Shown piece after piece: positions 1 to 8,697 of a DNA stretch of 64,000 nt. This stretch comes from Terriglobia bacterium (lineage in GTDB: Bacteria > Acidobacteriota > Terriglobia > 20CM-2-55-15). A program made the position numbers and the translations under genes. The stretch spans positions 832,001 through 896,000 of the forward strand of contig CBDAOY010000007.1 in NCBI GenBank assembly GCA_965198225.1, given 5' to 3'. Position 1 is the stretch's first letter. Every line of letters starts with the position of its first letter. The notes under the pieces are model-generated. The model made no database searches. It saw only the letters and a list, made by a program, of their open reading frames with translations, and was not told where the DNA came from.

Positions 1-1
1 C

Positions 2-445
2 GACCAGGATCTGGAACTCATTTTCAGGCTCATCGGCTTGCAGTATCCCCAGAAAGACATTCATGATGCGTACGCTGCGTTGAGAAGCAGTCGGCCCGAT
101 CGCCGGACGGCTGCGATCGAGTTCATGGACAACGTGTTGCGGGCCGATCTCAAGTCCATTATTCTTCCGCTCCTGGAAGAAGCTTCGAGTGAGCACCTTA
201 TCGACCGGGCCGCTCTGCAGTTTGGTATTCAGGTCGACAACACCGAAGATTCCCTTCGGTTGATTCTCGAACAGCCCGACAGCTGGTTGAAGTCATGTGC
301 GCTCTACGAAATCGGGAGCCGGGGGTTGATCCAGCTGGCTGACGTCTGTCGACGGCTGGCCCGAGAGAGCGATGCGATGGTACGGGAGACGGCGCAGTGG
401 ACGCTGGGACGACTGGAGGGGGGACCGGCTGGTGCCGGCGGTTGA
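2..445 (+). CDS. C-terminal part of a HEAT-repeat protein (5' end outside window)
   Basis: Open frame from base 2; helical repeats 'RRTAAIEFMDNVL', 'DSWLKSCALYEIG', 'DAMVRETAQWTL' resemble HEAT repeats of Npt/HEAT/cNMP-type proteins; a cNMP gene follows. Confidence 0.65.
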   Translation, partial: DQDLELIFRLIGLQYPQKDIHDAYAALRSSRPDRRTAAIEFMDNVLRADLKSIILPLLEEASSEHLIDRAALQFGIQVDNTEDSLRLILEQPDSWLKSCALYEIGSRGLIQLADVCRRLARESDAMVRETAQWTLGRLEGGPAGAGG

Positions 446-509
446 GGCTTGACGCCTGATCTTTGTGCTGGAGGACTTTGCGCTCGGATTCCGGGGATCA
501 GGCGTACGG

Positions 510-594
510 TCAGCCATCAGCATTCAGCCTGCAGGCGGGAACCGACCGTTGAGCGTCTTTGTCCAGGAGCCGAACGCTGAAAGCTGACAGCTGA
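510..594. repeat. Inverted heptamer repeats (TCAGCCA/TCAGCAT ... GCTGAAA/GCTGACA)
   Basis: tcagccatcagcattcagc at 510-528 and gctgaaagctgacagctga at 576-594, intergenic. Confidence 0.7.
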
Positions 595-633
595 GTGCCT
601 CTGCGAAGTTCCAATATTCTGGGTGGCTAGAGC

Positions 634-1056
634 ATGACGATCATCGAACGGGTGCTGCTTTTGCAGGGAATCGATCTGTTTGCAGACGTGACAACCGAGC
701 AGTTGTCGTTCCTCGCCGCGATCGCAGAAGAAATGACCTTCGACCCGGGAAGGGTGATTTACAGCGAAGGCGATCCTCCCGACGGACTGTACGCCGTCAT
801 TTCCGGTACAGTACGGATGAAGCGATCTGGCGAAGGAATCGATACAATCGGAGTTAACGGAGCGTTCGGCGTTTGGGCCTTGTTCGATGATGAACCGCGT
901 TTGACGACCGCCGAGGCGAAGGAAGAGGCCCAGGTTCTTTTCGTGTCGCGTGAGGCCTTCTATGATCTGCTGTCCGACAACGTCGACATCGTCGAAGGCC
1001 TTTTCAAGCAGCTCGTGCAGCGACTCCGGCGCCTGGCGCAATCGGTGGAGCGATGA
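634..1056 (+). CDS. Stand-alone cyclic nucleotide-binding domain protein
   Basis: 'IYSEGDPPDGLYAVISGTV', 'FGVWALFDDEPRLTTAEA' are cNMP-binding motifs. Confidence 0.9.
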   Translation: MTIIERVLLLQGIDLFADVTTEQLSFLAAIAEEMTFDPGRVIYSEGDPPDGLYAVISGTVRMKRSGEGIDTIGVNGAFGVWALFDDEPRLTTAEAKEEAQVLFVSREAFYDLLSDNVDIVEGLFKQLVQRLRRLAQSVER

Positions 1057-2717
1057 GTGAGGGACAGATCAATCGACGCTTGATGATCGTCGGAGCCGAG
1101 GGCGTCGGCCTCGGCCTGGGCGACCGACTGGCTCGCGCCGGCTACGAGGTCATCGAGCCGGCGGACCCCCGGGAGGTGATCGCCGCCCACAAGAACCTGG
1201 ACCCTTCGATTCTGGTAGCCGGTCCTTCGTTTGACGGCATGGACCGCGCTTCTTTCCTGGGCGAACTTGCCGCATGTCCCTTGCCGCCGCCCCTCGTCAT
1301 TGTCGGCGCACATTCGTCCACGGGTGAGGCCGATTCCTCCGGATTTGCTGAGTATGTACGAGATCCTGAGGACGGGGATTGGCTGCTCGCCGCGCTCGAC
1401 CGCGCTTTTCGCTTTCGGGCGCTCCAGTGGCAGAAATGGGCCGACGAACAGGAATTGCAGGAAGCACGCCAGAAGCTGAGAGCGAACGATCAACGAAGCC
1501 GCCGGGACGCCCGGACCGTGCGGGACGTGGCGGAGGCGGAGTTGCGGTACCGGGAAGCATTCGCCGCGGCAGGAGACGCGATCTTTATGGTCCGCCCCGA
1601 CGGCACGATACTCGATGCGAACGCGAGCGCAGCCACGCTTTCCGGTGTGCCGCGAAAGAACCTGCTGGGCGCGAACGTTGCGGACTTGAGCTCGGTACAG
1701 GGCAGGGGAGCGACGGCCGAGTTCCTTGGACGCGCCGTCGAATCGGCAACCGGAGTCGTCGAGGACCAAACGATCGTGACCTCAGACGGACGTTCGAAAG
1801 TGATCAGTGTCAGCGCGGTCGCCGTGGATTTCGGGGGCAACATGGCCGTGAATCTGATCTGCCGTGACGTTACCGAGTCGCGAGCCGCCGCAGTGAAAGC
1901 CGTGGAGTACGCACGGGAGCTGGAGGAGAGCAACCAGTTGAAGGATGCGCAACTGAGCCGATCCCAGGCCCAGTTGATTCAGTCCGAACGGCTGGCGATG
2001 CTGGGGGGAATGCTGACCGGAATGGCTCACGAGATTCGGACACCCCTGGGAGCCATCAACGGAAACAATGATGTGCTCGAAGCGGTTTGTGATCAGGTGC
2101 GGGAGCAATTCAAGCAGCTCGTGGCAGAGCACCCGGAGTTGGCCTCGCAGTGCGAAACAGCCTGCGAGTGCCTGGACGACACGATTCGGACCAATCGGAT
2201 GGCCAGCGAGCGGCTTCTGGCGATCGTCAAGAGCGCCAGAAGTTTCGCCCGAAGCGACGAGTCCGGGACGCGAGGCGTCAATCTCAATGAGGGATTCGAC
2301 GATTCGCTGGTACTCGCCACCCACGAACTGAAGAACCGGATCGAGGTCGTGCGCGAGTTCGGCGAGCTCCCGCGAATCGAGTGTTATCCGAGCCAGATCA
2401 ACCAGGTCTTTCTAAACCTGATCGTGAACGCGGTCCAGGCGATCGAGGGGAAGGGGTCGATCCGCGTCCGGACATGGGTTCAGGAGGACACCGTCCGGGT
2501 GGCGGTCTCCGACGACGGCGTCGGGATGACGCCTGAAGTGCGTGATCGGATATTCGGTCCGGGCTTCACCACGAAGGAGACCGGCCAGGGATCCGGGCTG
2601 GGACTGTCCATCTGTTACACGATTATCCAGAACCACGGAGGCAGGATCGAGGTCGAAACTGCGCCGGGGGAAGGCTCTACCTTTACCGTCATTCTACCGA
2701 AGGGACAAGACAATTGA
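1053..2717 (+). CDS. PAS-domain sensor histidine kinase with degenerate N-terminal receiver-like domain
   Basis: H-box 'MAHEIRTPL', N-box 'QVFLNLIVNA', G-boxes 'DDGVGM', 'GSGLGL'; PAS 'ILDANASA'. Confidence 0.93.
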   Translation: MSEGQINRRLMIVGAEGVGLGLGDRLARAGYEVIEPADPREVIAAHKNLDPSILVAGPSFDGMDRASFLGELAACPLPPPLVIVGAHSSTGEADSSGFAEYVRDPEDGDWLLAALDRAFRFRALQWQKWADEQELQEARQKLRANDQRSRRDARTVRDVAEAELRYREAFAAAGDAIFMVRPDGTILDANASAATLSGVPRKNLLGANVADLSSVQGRGATAEFLGRAVESATGVVEDQTIVTSDGRSKVISVSAVAVDFGGNMAVNLICRDVTESRAAAVKAVEYARELEESNQLKDAQLSRSQAQLIQSERLAMLGGMLTGMAHEIRTPLGAINGNNDVLEAVCDQVREQFKQLVAEHPELASQCETACECLDDTIRTNRMASERLLAIVKSARSFARSDESGTRGVNLNEGFDDSLVLATHELKNRIEVVREFGELPRIECYPSQINQVFLNLIVNAVQAIEGKGSIRVRTWVQEDTVRVAVSDDGVGMTPEVRDRIFGPGFTTKETGQGSGLGLSICYTIIQNHGGRIEVETAPGEGSTFTVILPKGQDN

Positions 2718-3196
2718 GTGAAAACAACGGCAAACCGACCGTGGCGATTCTCGACGACGAGGAGATGGTGACGATTTCCCTGCGGAACCTCTTCAGGTTG
2801 AGCGCGGACTACAACTTACTGACGTTTACGACCCCGGACGACGCTCTCGAGGTCGGCCGGAAGCAGCCGATCGACCTGATCATCAGCGACTACATGATGC
2901 CGTCCATGGACGGGATTACCTTCTTCGGGAAGTTCAAGGAGCTGCAGCCCCAGACGATCCGGATTCTGCTCACCGGCTACTCCGACAAGGACAGCGCGAT
3001 CCGCGCCATCAACGAAGTCGGGCTGTTTCAGTTCATCGAAAAGCCCTGGGACAACGACTTTGTACGCATGGTCGTTCGCAACGGGCTGGAGAAGAGACGG
3101 TTGATTCGGACGATCGACGAGAAGATTCAGGAGTTGGCGGCCGTCAACTCCAACCTCAAGTCCATCCAGACAGATCTCATTAAAGCTTTCATGTAG
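2714..3196 (+). CDS. Response regulator (receiver plus short coiled coil)
   Basis: 'ILDDEE', 'ISDYMMPSMDG', 'LLTGYS', 'FIEKPW'; overlaps kinase stop by 4 nt. Confidence 0.92.
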   Translation: MSENNGKPTVAILDDEEMVTISLRNLFRLSADYNLLTFTTPDDALEVGRKQPIDLIISDYMMPSMDGITFFGKFKELQPQTIRILLTGYSDKDSAIRAINEVGLFQFIEKPWDNDFVRMVVRNGLEKRRLIRTIDEKIQELAAVNSNLKSIQTDLIKAFM

Positions 3197-3402
3197 GCGC
3201 CCGGCGAACCGATCGTCCGGGGCGCCTCAGCATTTGTTGTTAAGGCGGCGGCAGGCAGGGATTCCGTCGGCAAGGATTGAGTCGCGGTTCCGGCCTCCGA
3301 GCGCCACGGATTGGAACGTTTCACACCCCCCGGTCAGCTCAAGCTTTTCACGCACTCAATGGATGCAGTACTTATAGGGCAGATGTATGGTATAGGTAGG
3401 GT

Positions 3403-3627
3403 ATGGAGAAGACCTCAGTCTATCTGCCTTCCGATCTCAAGAAAGCTCTGAAGCGGCTGGCGCGACAGCGGAGGTGCAGCGAGGCGGAGATTTTGCGGGA
3501 AGCCCTCGCCCGGCTCACAGGGGATGCTGAAGCTCCGGTCCCCAGGCTGCCGTTGTTCCGTTCCAAGGGACCATCGATCGCCGAAGCTATCGATGAAGTC
3601 CTGGAGGAAGGATTCGGCGTCCGATGA
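3403..3627 (+). CDS. vapB: VapB antitoxin, ribbon-helix-helix (VapB26-like)
   Basis: 'MEKTSVYLPSDLKKALKRLARQRRCSEAEILREAL' RHH fold; 4-nt overlap with PIN toxin. Confidence 0.88.
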   Translation: MEKTSVYLPSDLKKALKRLARQRRCSEAEILREALARLTGDAEAPVPRLPLFRSKGPSIAEAIDEVLEEGFGVR

Positions 3628-4043
3628 TCGTGCTCGATACCGGAGGGCTCTATGCGGCGCTCGACGCCAACGAAGAACTGCACGGACGATGCGTCGCCGC
3701 CCTGGTTTCGGCCCAGTCTCCACGTGTTCTCTCTCCGTTCGTGCTGGCGGAGCTCGACTACCTGATCGGCGCTCGCACGGGCCACGAGGCGCAGATGGCG
3801 CTACTGGATGAGGTCGTGCGCGGCGCCTACCGTCTTGAGCCGTTCTCTCCCGAAGACATCGCCCGCTCGAAGCGGATCATGGAGCGCTATGCGGACCTCC
3901 GCATCGGGCTTGCAGACGCGTCAGTCGTGGTGCTCTCCCAACGGCACGGCACGCTCGATCTCCTCTGTACTGACCAGCGTCACTTCCGAACATTGCGGGG
4001 TCCGGGCGAAAAGCCGTTTCGGTTGCTTCCTTACGACGCATGA
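3624..4043 (+). CDS. vapC: VapC PIN-domain toxin (VapC26-like)
   Basis: 'IVLDTG', 'VLAELDYL', 'IGLADA', 'TDQRHF' carry the acidic PIN residues. Confidence 0.92.
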   Translation: MIVLDTGGLYAALDANEELHGRCVAALVSAQSPRVLSPFVLAELDYLIGARTGHEAQMALLDEVVRGAYRLEPFSPEDIARSKRIMERYADLRIGLADASVVVLSQRHGTLDLLCTDQRHFRTLRGPGEKPFRLLPYDA

Positions 4044-4192
4044 GGATAGTCCTCGTGTACTTTCTACCGGAGGTTTTCCAGTGAAATGATCCCGGAATGG
4101 GACGGCTCCGACGGTGGGCTCAGGAGCTCAGGCCATTCCAGTTCTCCTTCGTTCGGGACCGCTGGGAGCGCGAGAAGGAAGGACTTGAATGA

Positions 4193-4879
4193 TCAGGTTT
4201 CTTCGCCGGTATCGTCCCGGAAACCGATGCGTTCGAAGGGGTTGAAGACGCTCGATGCAATGTTGATCAAGTGGGCGGCGATTCGTTTCAGGTAGCGCGT
4301 GTAGAGCGCCGTCGCGATGGCATCACCGGGATCTAACGCCGGATCGGGGCTCTGAATCAGGTTAGCGACGATTTCGTCACACTTCCTCAGAATCCACCAG
4401 TGGTCGGCCATTAGCGCCCGGGCCGCTTGGGCATCGGACTTTTCCAGGGTGGGGCGGATCTTGTCGTAAATTTCTCCGACGCCTCGCTCGATCGCGGAGA
4501 TGTCACCGTCGTACTTACCGCAGTTGAGCCGCGTGGGGTGCGCGACGGCGAGATCCTTGATGTTCTTCGTGTAGTCCCCGATGCGTTCGATGTCGATGAC
4601 GATGCTGGTCAGTATGAGACCGGGGATCATGTTCGTACCCCCGGTGATGGCAAGGTGCTTGAGGACCTTATGCCGAACGCGGCGCTCGTAACGATTGATC
4701 GCCTCGTCCATCTTGCGGATATCGACGTCCATATCCGCGGTGTCGCTCTGCCGCAGCGACTTGACCGAATGCTCGAACATTGTCTGGGTTCGCTCCAGCA
4801 TCTCGTGAGAGTCTTCGAGAGCCTGGGTCAGGGAGTTCGCTGTCCTCCACAGCTCGATCAACTCTTTGAACCTAAACAT
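4193..4879 (-). CDS. PhoU-domain protein
   Basis: 'MDEAINRYE', 'DIERIGDY', 'YLKRIAAHLINIA' PhoU repeats; adjacent to Na/Pi symporter. Confidence 0.85.
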   Translation of the reverse strand: MFRFKELIELWRTANSLTQALEDSHEMLERTQTMFEHSVKSLRQSDTADMDVDIRKMDEAINRYERRVRHKVLKHLAITGGTNMIPGLILTSIVIDIERIGDYTKNIKDLAVAHPTRLNCGKYDGDISAIERGVGEIYDKIRPTLEKSDAQAARALMADHWWILRKCDEIVANLIQSPDPALDPGDAIATALYTRYLKRIAAHLINIASSVFNPFERIGFRDDTGEET

Positions 4880-4885
4880 TTCGTA

Positions 4886-5944
4886 TCACCCCATCAGGTA
4901 GATTAGCGCAAGCGGTATCAGAAAGAATACAAAGCCGATGTAGGCCACGGGTATCAGCTTGGACCGAATCGCCGATTCGGCCAGAGTGGTCGCCAGGTAC
5001 ATCGGGACTTTACGGATCGGCCAGATGACGATGATCCCGATCACGTTGAAGAGCACGTGAGCGAGCGCAACCGTCACCGCGGATAGCTCACCCGTAACCA
5101 TGGCAGCCAGCATCGCGGTGATTGTCGTTCCGACATTGGCCCCCAGAGTCATCGGGAAGATCTGCTGCAGCGTCAGGATACCCGCGCCGGCAAGCGGGAC
5201 CGCCAGGGAGGTCGTGATCGAGCTGCTCTGGACCATGACCGTCAGGACGATTCCGAATACGAGAGCGCGCGCGGCCGTCTTGAAGAGGACGGTATCGAAG
5301 AAGGCCTCGACACGTCCGATCACGAGAACCCTCAGGTTGACCACGATGTAGCGCAGCGCGACGAACAGTAGAATCATCGATATGATCAACATGATCGTGC
5401 CGGACTCCCCTGTCAGACCGGCGATGAAGTCCGCCGTCGGGTCGACGATCAGTTTGATCGGGTTGATCAGCTGCAAGCCGCCGCTGTCCCTGAGTTGAAC
5501 GCCCAGAAAGTCCGACATCCGGCCGAGAAAATTCGTTGCCAGCTGGAGTGGAAACAGTACGAGGACGGCCAGGAGGTTGAAGAAATCGTGAACGGTCGCC
5601 ACCGAGAATGCTCTCCGAAACTCGGCCGGCCGGGAGATGTGGCCAACTGAAACGAGCGTGTTCGTCACACTGGTTCCGATGTTGGCGCCGATGACGATCG
5701 GAATCGCCCCGCTGACCTCGAGCGCGCCGCCGGCGACCAGGCCCACCGTCATCGAAGTGGTTGTCGAAGAGCTCTGGACCAGGCTTGTCGCAAGGATGCC
5801 GATGAAGAGGCCGACGAAGGGATTGGAGGTTGTCGTCAGGAGCTGCTCGGCGAAACCCCGCCCGAAGAACTTGAAAGAGTCCCCCATCAGCGCAATGCTG
5901 ACGAAGAACCCGTACATGAGCAGGAGGAGCAGGACCAACCTCAT
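4886..5944 (-). CDS. Na+/phosphate symporter (NptA/SLC34-like)
   Basis: Two 'VQSSS' motifs and two 'GANIGT/GANVGT' motifs; hydrophobic. Confidence 0.92.
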   Translation of the reverse strand: MRLVLLLLLMYGFFVSIALMGDSFKFFGRGFAEQLLTTTSNPFVGLFIGILATSLVQSSSTTTSMTVGLVAGGALEVSGAIPIVIGANIGTSVTNTLVSVGHISRPAEFRRAFSVATVHDFFNLLAVLVLFPLQLATNFLGRMSDFLGVQLRDSGGLQLINPIKLIVDPTADFIAGLTGESGTIMLIISMILLFVALRYIVVNLRVLVIGRVEAFFDTVLFKTAARALVFGIVLTVMVQSSSITTSLAVPLAGAGILTLQQIFPMTLGANVGTTITAMLAAMVTGELSAVTVALAHVLFNVIGIIVIWPIRKVPMYLATTLAESAIRSKLIPVAYIGFVFFLIPLALIYLMG

Positions 5945-6090
5945 CGGCCCCGGGATGGATCGTCCTTCAGGAATGGCGCACCTCGCTTCGAATCGCCTGG
6001 AGTGAGGTTGGAGTTTGGAAAGTCAGCCCGGCGGCGAGGGACGCAAAACCCTCCCTCCGGGCTAGGGTCGCTGTCGGGGAACGTCCCGAC

Positions 6091-6930
6091 TCACCGATTG
6101 CTGCTGGATCCCTCTATCGCCCGCCGGATCGCCTCGACCGAGGCGTTTGCACGGATCTCGACGAGTTTCCTGCCGTTTGCGATCGCCTTTTCTTTCGGTT
6201 CGATGCTGATTCCGTTGATCGTGGCCTTGTTGGCTGCGACGCGTTGGTCGTAGCGCACCTTTTCCGGATCGACCGTCATGATGATTGAGTTGACGCTGTA
6301 GTCGTCGTGAATGCCCTCGGAAACTTCCGCCTTACCGGCGACTTCCTCGACGGCGCCGTCCGACAGCTGCCAGCTGTCGTAGTACTCGCGGACGAAGTGA
6401 ATGCGAGCGCTTTCGCCGTCCCACTTTGCACTTAACTCTTCAGTGACTTCCTGGAGGCCCCGTTGGTTTCCCCCGCTGTCGCCGATCATGATGATGTTAT
6501 CGAATCCATGTTGTTTGAGGCTCGTGGCGACGTCGGTCAGGATCGCTGTGTAGGTCTCCATCCGGACGGGAATCGTGCCGGGGTAGCGCGGGCTGTCGGG
6601 TCGACCGGGCTCCATGAGGATGAGAGGAGCAATGAGCGCGTTACCCAGCTTTCGGGCGATCGCCTCGGTCGTGGCCTGAAGCACGTAGCCGTGTTTGGCG
6701 GTCGGTACGTAGGGCCCGTTCTGTTCCAGGCTTCCGGCCGCGACGATTGCGGTCGTCTTGCCGCCCTTGATCGCGTCGCGGACCTCCATCCAGGTCAGTT
6801 CTTCGATCCACACGCTGTCCAGAGCGGCGATCGGGCGTGGCTCGTCGAGATTTAGTTCGCGTTGAGCCATCGCTGGGATGGCAAGCGCTATGATCGCGGC
6901 CAGGCATCCGACCAGTCTCACACAATTCAT
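6091..6930 (-). CDS. Creatininase family protein with signal peptide
   Basis: 'WIEELTWMEV', 'GSLEQNGP', 'IGDSGGNQ', 'GIHDD'; N-terminal 'AIPAMA-Q' cleavage site. Confidence 0.88.
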   Translation of the reverse strand: MNCVRLVGCLAAIIALAIPAMAQRELNLDEPRPIAALDSVWIEELTWMEVRDAIKGGKTTAIVAAGSLEQNGPYVPTAKHGYVLQATTEAIARKLGNALIAPLILMEPGRPDSPRYPGTIPVRMETYTAILTDVATSLKQHGFDNIIMIGDSGGNQRGLQEVTEELSAKWDGESARIHFVREYYDSWQLSDGAVEEVAGKAEVSEGIHDDYSVNSIIMTVDPEKVRYDQRVAANKATINGISIEPKEKAIANGRKLVEIRANASVEAIRRAIEGSSSNR

Positions 6931-7043
6931 AACTCGGATCCTCCTTCGCCGAGAGGGCATCGGCGAACCATCTCTCGGTATTCGGTCTCGCTGCAGTCGA
7001 GTTCAGCCGCCCGACACACCGCTCGATTCTACCCGATTCGAGC

Positions 7044-7242
7044 GACGACTGACGAGTGACAAGTGACGAGTACGAGTGATGAAGTAGTGGCCAGAACCAC
7101 CACGGCGCTTCGCGCACCGAGGAGGGGTGTTAGTGGCGAGTGACCAGAGCCGGCTTGAAGGCCAGGCTGGCAAATAACTGCTGATCGTGACCAGTGGCTG
7201 GCCGAATAGTGCGATCATCCCTGAACCAACCACTGACCACTC
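7044..7242. repeat. Degenerate heptamer repeats (AGTGACG/AGTGACA/AGTGGCC ... ACCACTG)
   Basis: gacgagtgacaagtgacgagtacgagtga and aaccactgaccact in a divergent intergenic region. Confidence 0.6.
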
Positions 7243-7327
7243 TTGAAACGTCTCCGTGAAAGCCCTATCGTGAGGATGGCAGCGAATCAGGCTGTGTCCG
7301 CTAATCTTTATCTCTCAAGGAGTAGTC

Positions 7328-7870
7328 ATGAATTACTACGGCGCGAAGGAATTGGTCTCGAGTTTCAGAACCGTCCGCGGCAATACGCTGCAGATTGCCG
7401 AGGACATTCCCGAAGATAAGTACGACTTTGTTCCGGGCGAAGGGGCACGAACCATTGGGCGACTGCTGACTCATATTGCCCTGGGTTACCGATTTCAACA
7501 TCAGGTCCACCGAGACGGTCTGGACACGCTCGAGGGAATCGATTGGCCGTCACTGTTCGAGAAGATCAACGAGGATGAGGCCAAACCCCGCACCAAGCAG
7601 GAGATCATCGATCTTCTGAAGAACGAGGGCGACATCTGGGCGAACTTTGTGGAGGGGGTTTCGGAGGAGTTCCTGGCCGAGACGGTGACGATGCCCGAGG
7701 GTTCGACTCCTCCGGCCAAGAGTCGGTTCGAGATGTGTCTCTCGGTGAAGGAGCACGAAATGCATCATCGGGGGCAACTGATGGCCGTCGAGCGGCTTCT
7801 CGGTGTCGTCCCGCACCTGACGCTCCGCATGAACGAGGCTATCGCCCAAGCGCAGGCCGCAAAAAGCTGA
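7328..7870 (+). CDS. DinB family protein
   Basis: 'IPEDKYDF', 'LLTHIA', 'EHEMHHRGQL' His triad. Confidence 0.88.
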   Translation: MNYYGAKELVSSFRTVRGNTLQIAEDIPEDKYDFVPGEGARTIGRLLTHIALGYRFQHQVHRDGLDTLEGIDWPSLFEKINEDEAKPRTKQEIIDLLKNEGDIWANFVEGVSEEFLAETVTMPEGSTPPAKSRFEMCLSVKEHEMHHRGQLMAVERLLGVVPHLTLRMNEAIAQAQAAKS

Positions 7871-8472
7871 TGGGCGACGTGACGACTATCGATCCGGGCC
7901 GATTCCGGTCCGGATACACCTGGGAGGAGTATCTCGACCTAATCGACAGGAACCGGGATCAGTTCGAGCTCTATTACGATGCCCTGGAATTAACCGGGGG
8001 CGAGATTGAGTGGATCCGGGGCCTGGATCGCACGACCCATGTCCTCGCGATCGGGGAGCCGTGGTGTCCAGACGTGTTCACGAACCTTCCGGTTGTATCC
8101 AAGCTCGCTTCCTACAATCCGGACAGGATCGTCGTTCGAGTTTTTGCGCGCGATGAGCAGGACGACGGCACGTCGCCACCCCCACAGGATGTCGGGCGTT
8201 CACCTGATCCGGCACGTTTCAAGAACCACGACCTGATGAGCCGCTATCTCTACGGAGAGCGGCAGAGCATGTCCATTCCGGCCGTGGGCTTCTTCGACGA
8301 GAACTGGAAGGAGTTCGGCCGGTTCGTCGGCGGGCGACCACGACTGTACTGGCACTGGATCGACACCATGGGCAAGGAACGGGCTGTCCAGGAGCGGATG
8401 GGGGAATTCATGCGTCACAACCGTGGCAGGGAAATGTTCTGGGAGATCCGCCGGATCCTGGAGTTGCGCTGA
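7870..8472 (+). CDS. Thioredoxin-like protein (Thioredoxin_9 type, single Cys WCPD)
   Basis: 'VLAIGEPWCPDV', 'SIPAVGFFD'; ATG overlaps DinB stop. Confidence 0.8.
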   Translation: MGDVTTIDPGRFRSGYTWEEYLDLIDRNRDQFELYYDALELTGGEIEWIRGLDRTTHVLAIGEPWCPDVFTNLPVVSKLASYNPDRIVVRVFARDEQDDGTSPPPQDVGRSPDPARFKNHDLMSRYLYGERQSMSIPAVGFFDENWKEFGRFVGGRPRLYWHWIDTMGKERAVQERMGEFMRHNRGREMFWEIRRILELR

Positions 8473-8614
8473 TCGAGGTCACTCATCGAACAGGTGCCGC
8501 GAGAGAACCAATGTGAGGGGGACAGGGGTACAGCCCTGTCCCCGGGCGTTGGCTGAGCAGCAAGGTCCGGGAACGCCGGATCGCAAGTCTTCTATTGGAC
8601 ATTGAAGGACGTCA

Positions 8615-8695
8615 AGTTGGTGTAGGTGCGGTCTATGACCGCACGTTGTTAAGACCCGAGAAGTGTGCGGTCATAGACCGCACCTACACCCAACT
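8615..8695. repeat. GTAG-type REP doublet (REPIN)
   Basis: TGTAGGTGCGGTCTATGACCGCAC ... GTGCGGTCATAGACCGCACCTACA inverted pair between convergent genes. Confidence 0.85.
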
Positions 8696-8697
8696 GA

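Noticed and set aside
8615-8695. Possible CRISPR repeats (also 20814, 28246, 60071)
   Set aside because: Copies are inverted doublets scattered between genes, not direct repeats with regular spacers; no cas genes
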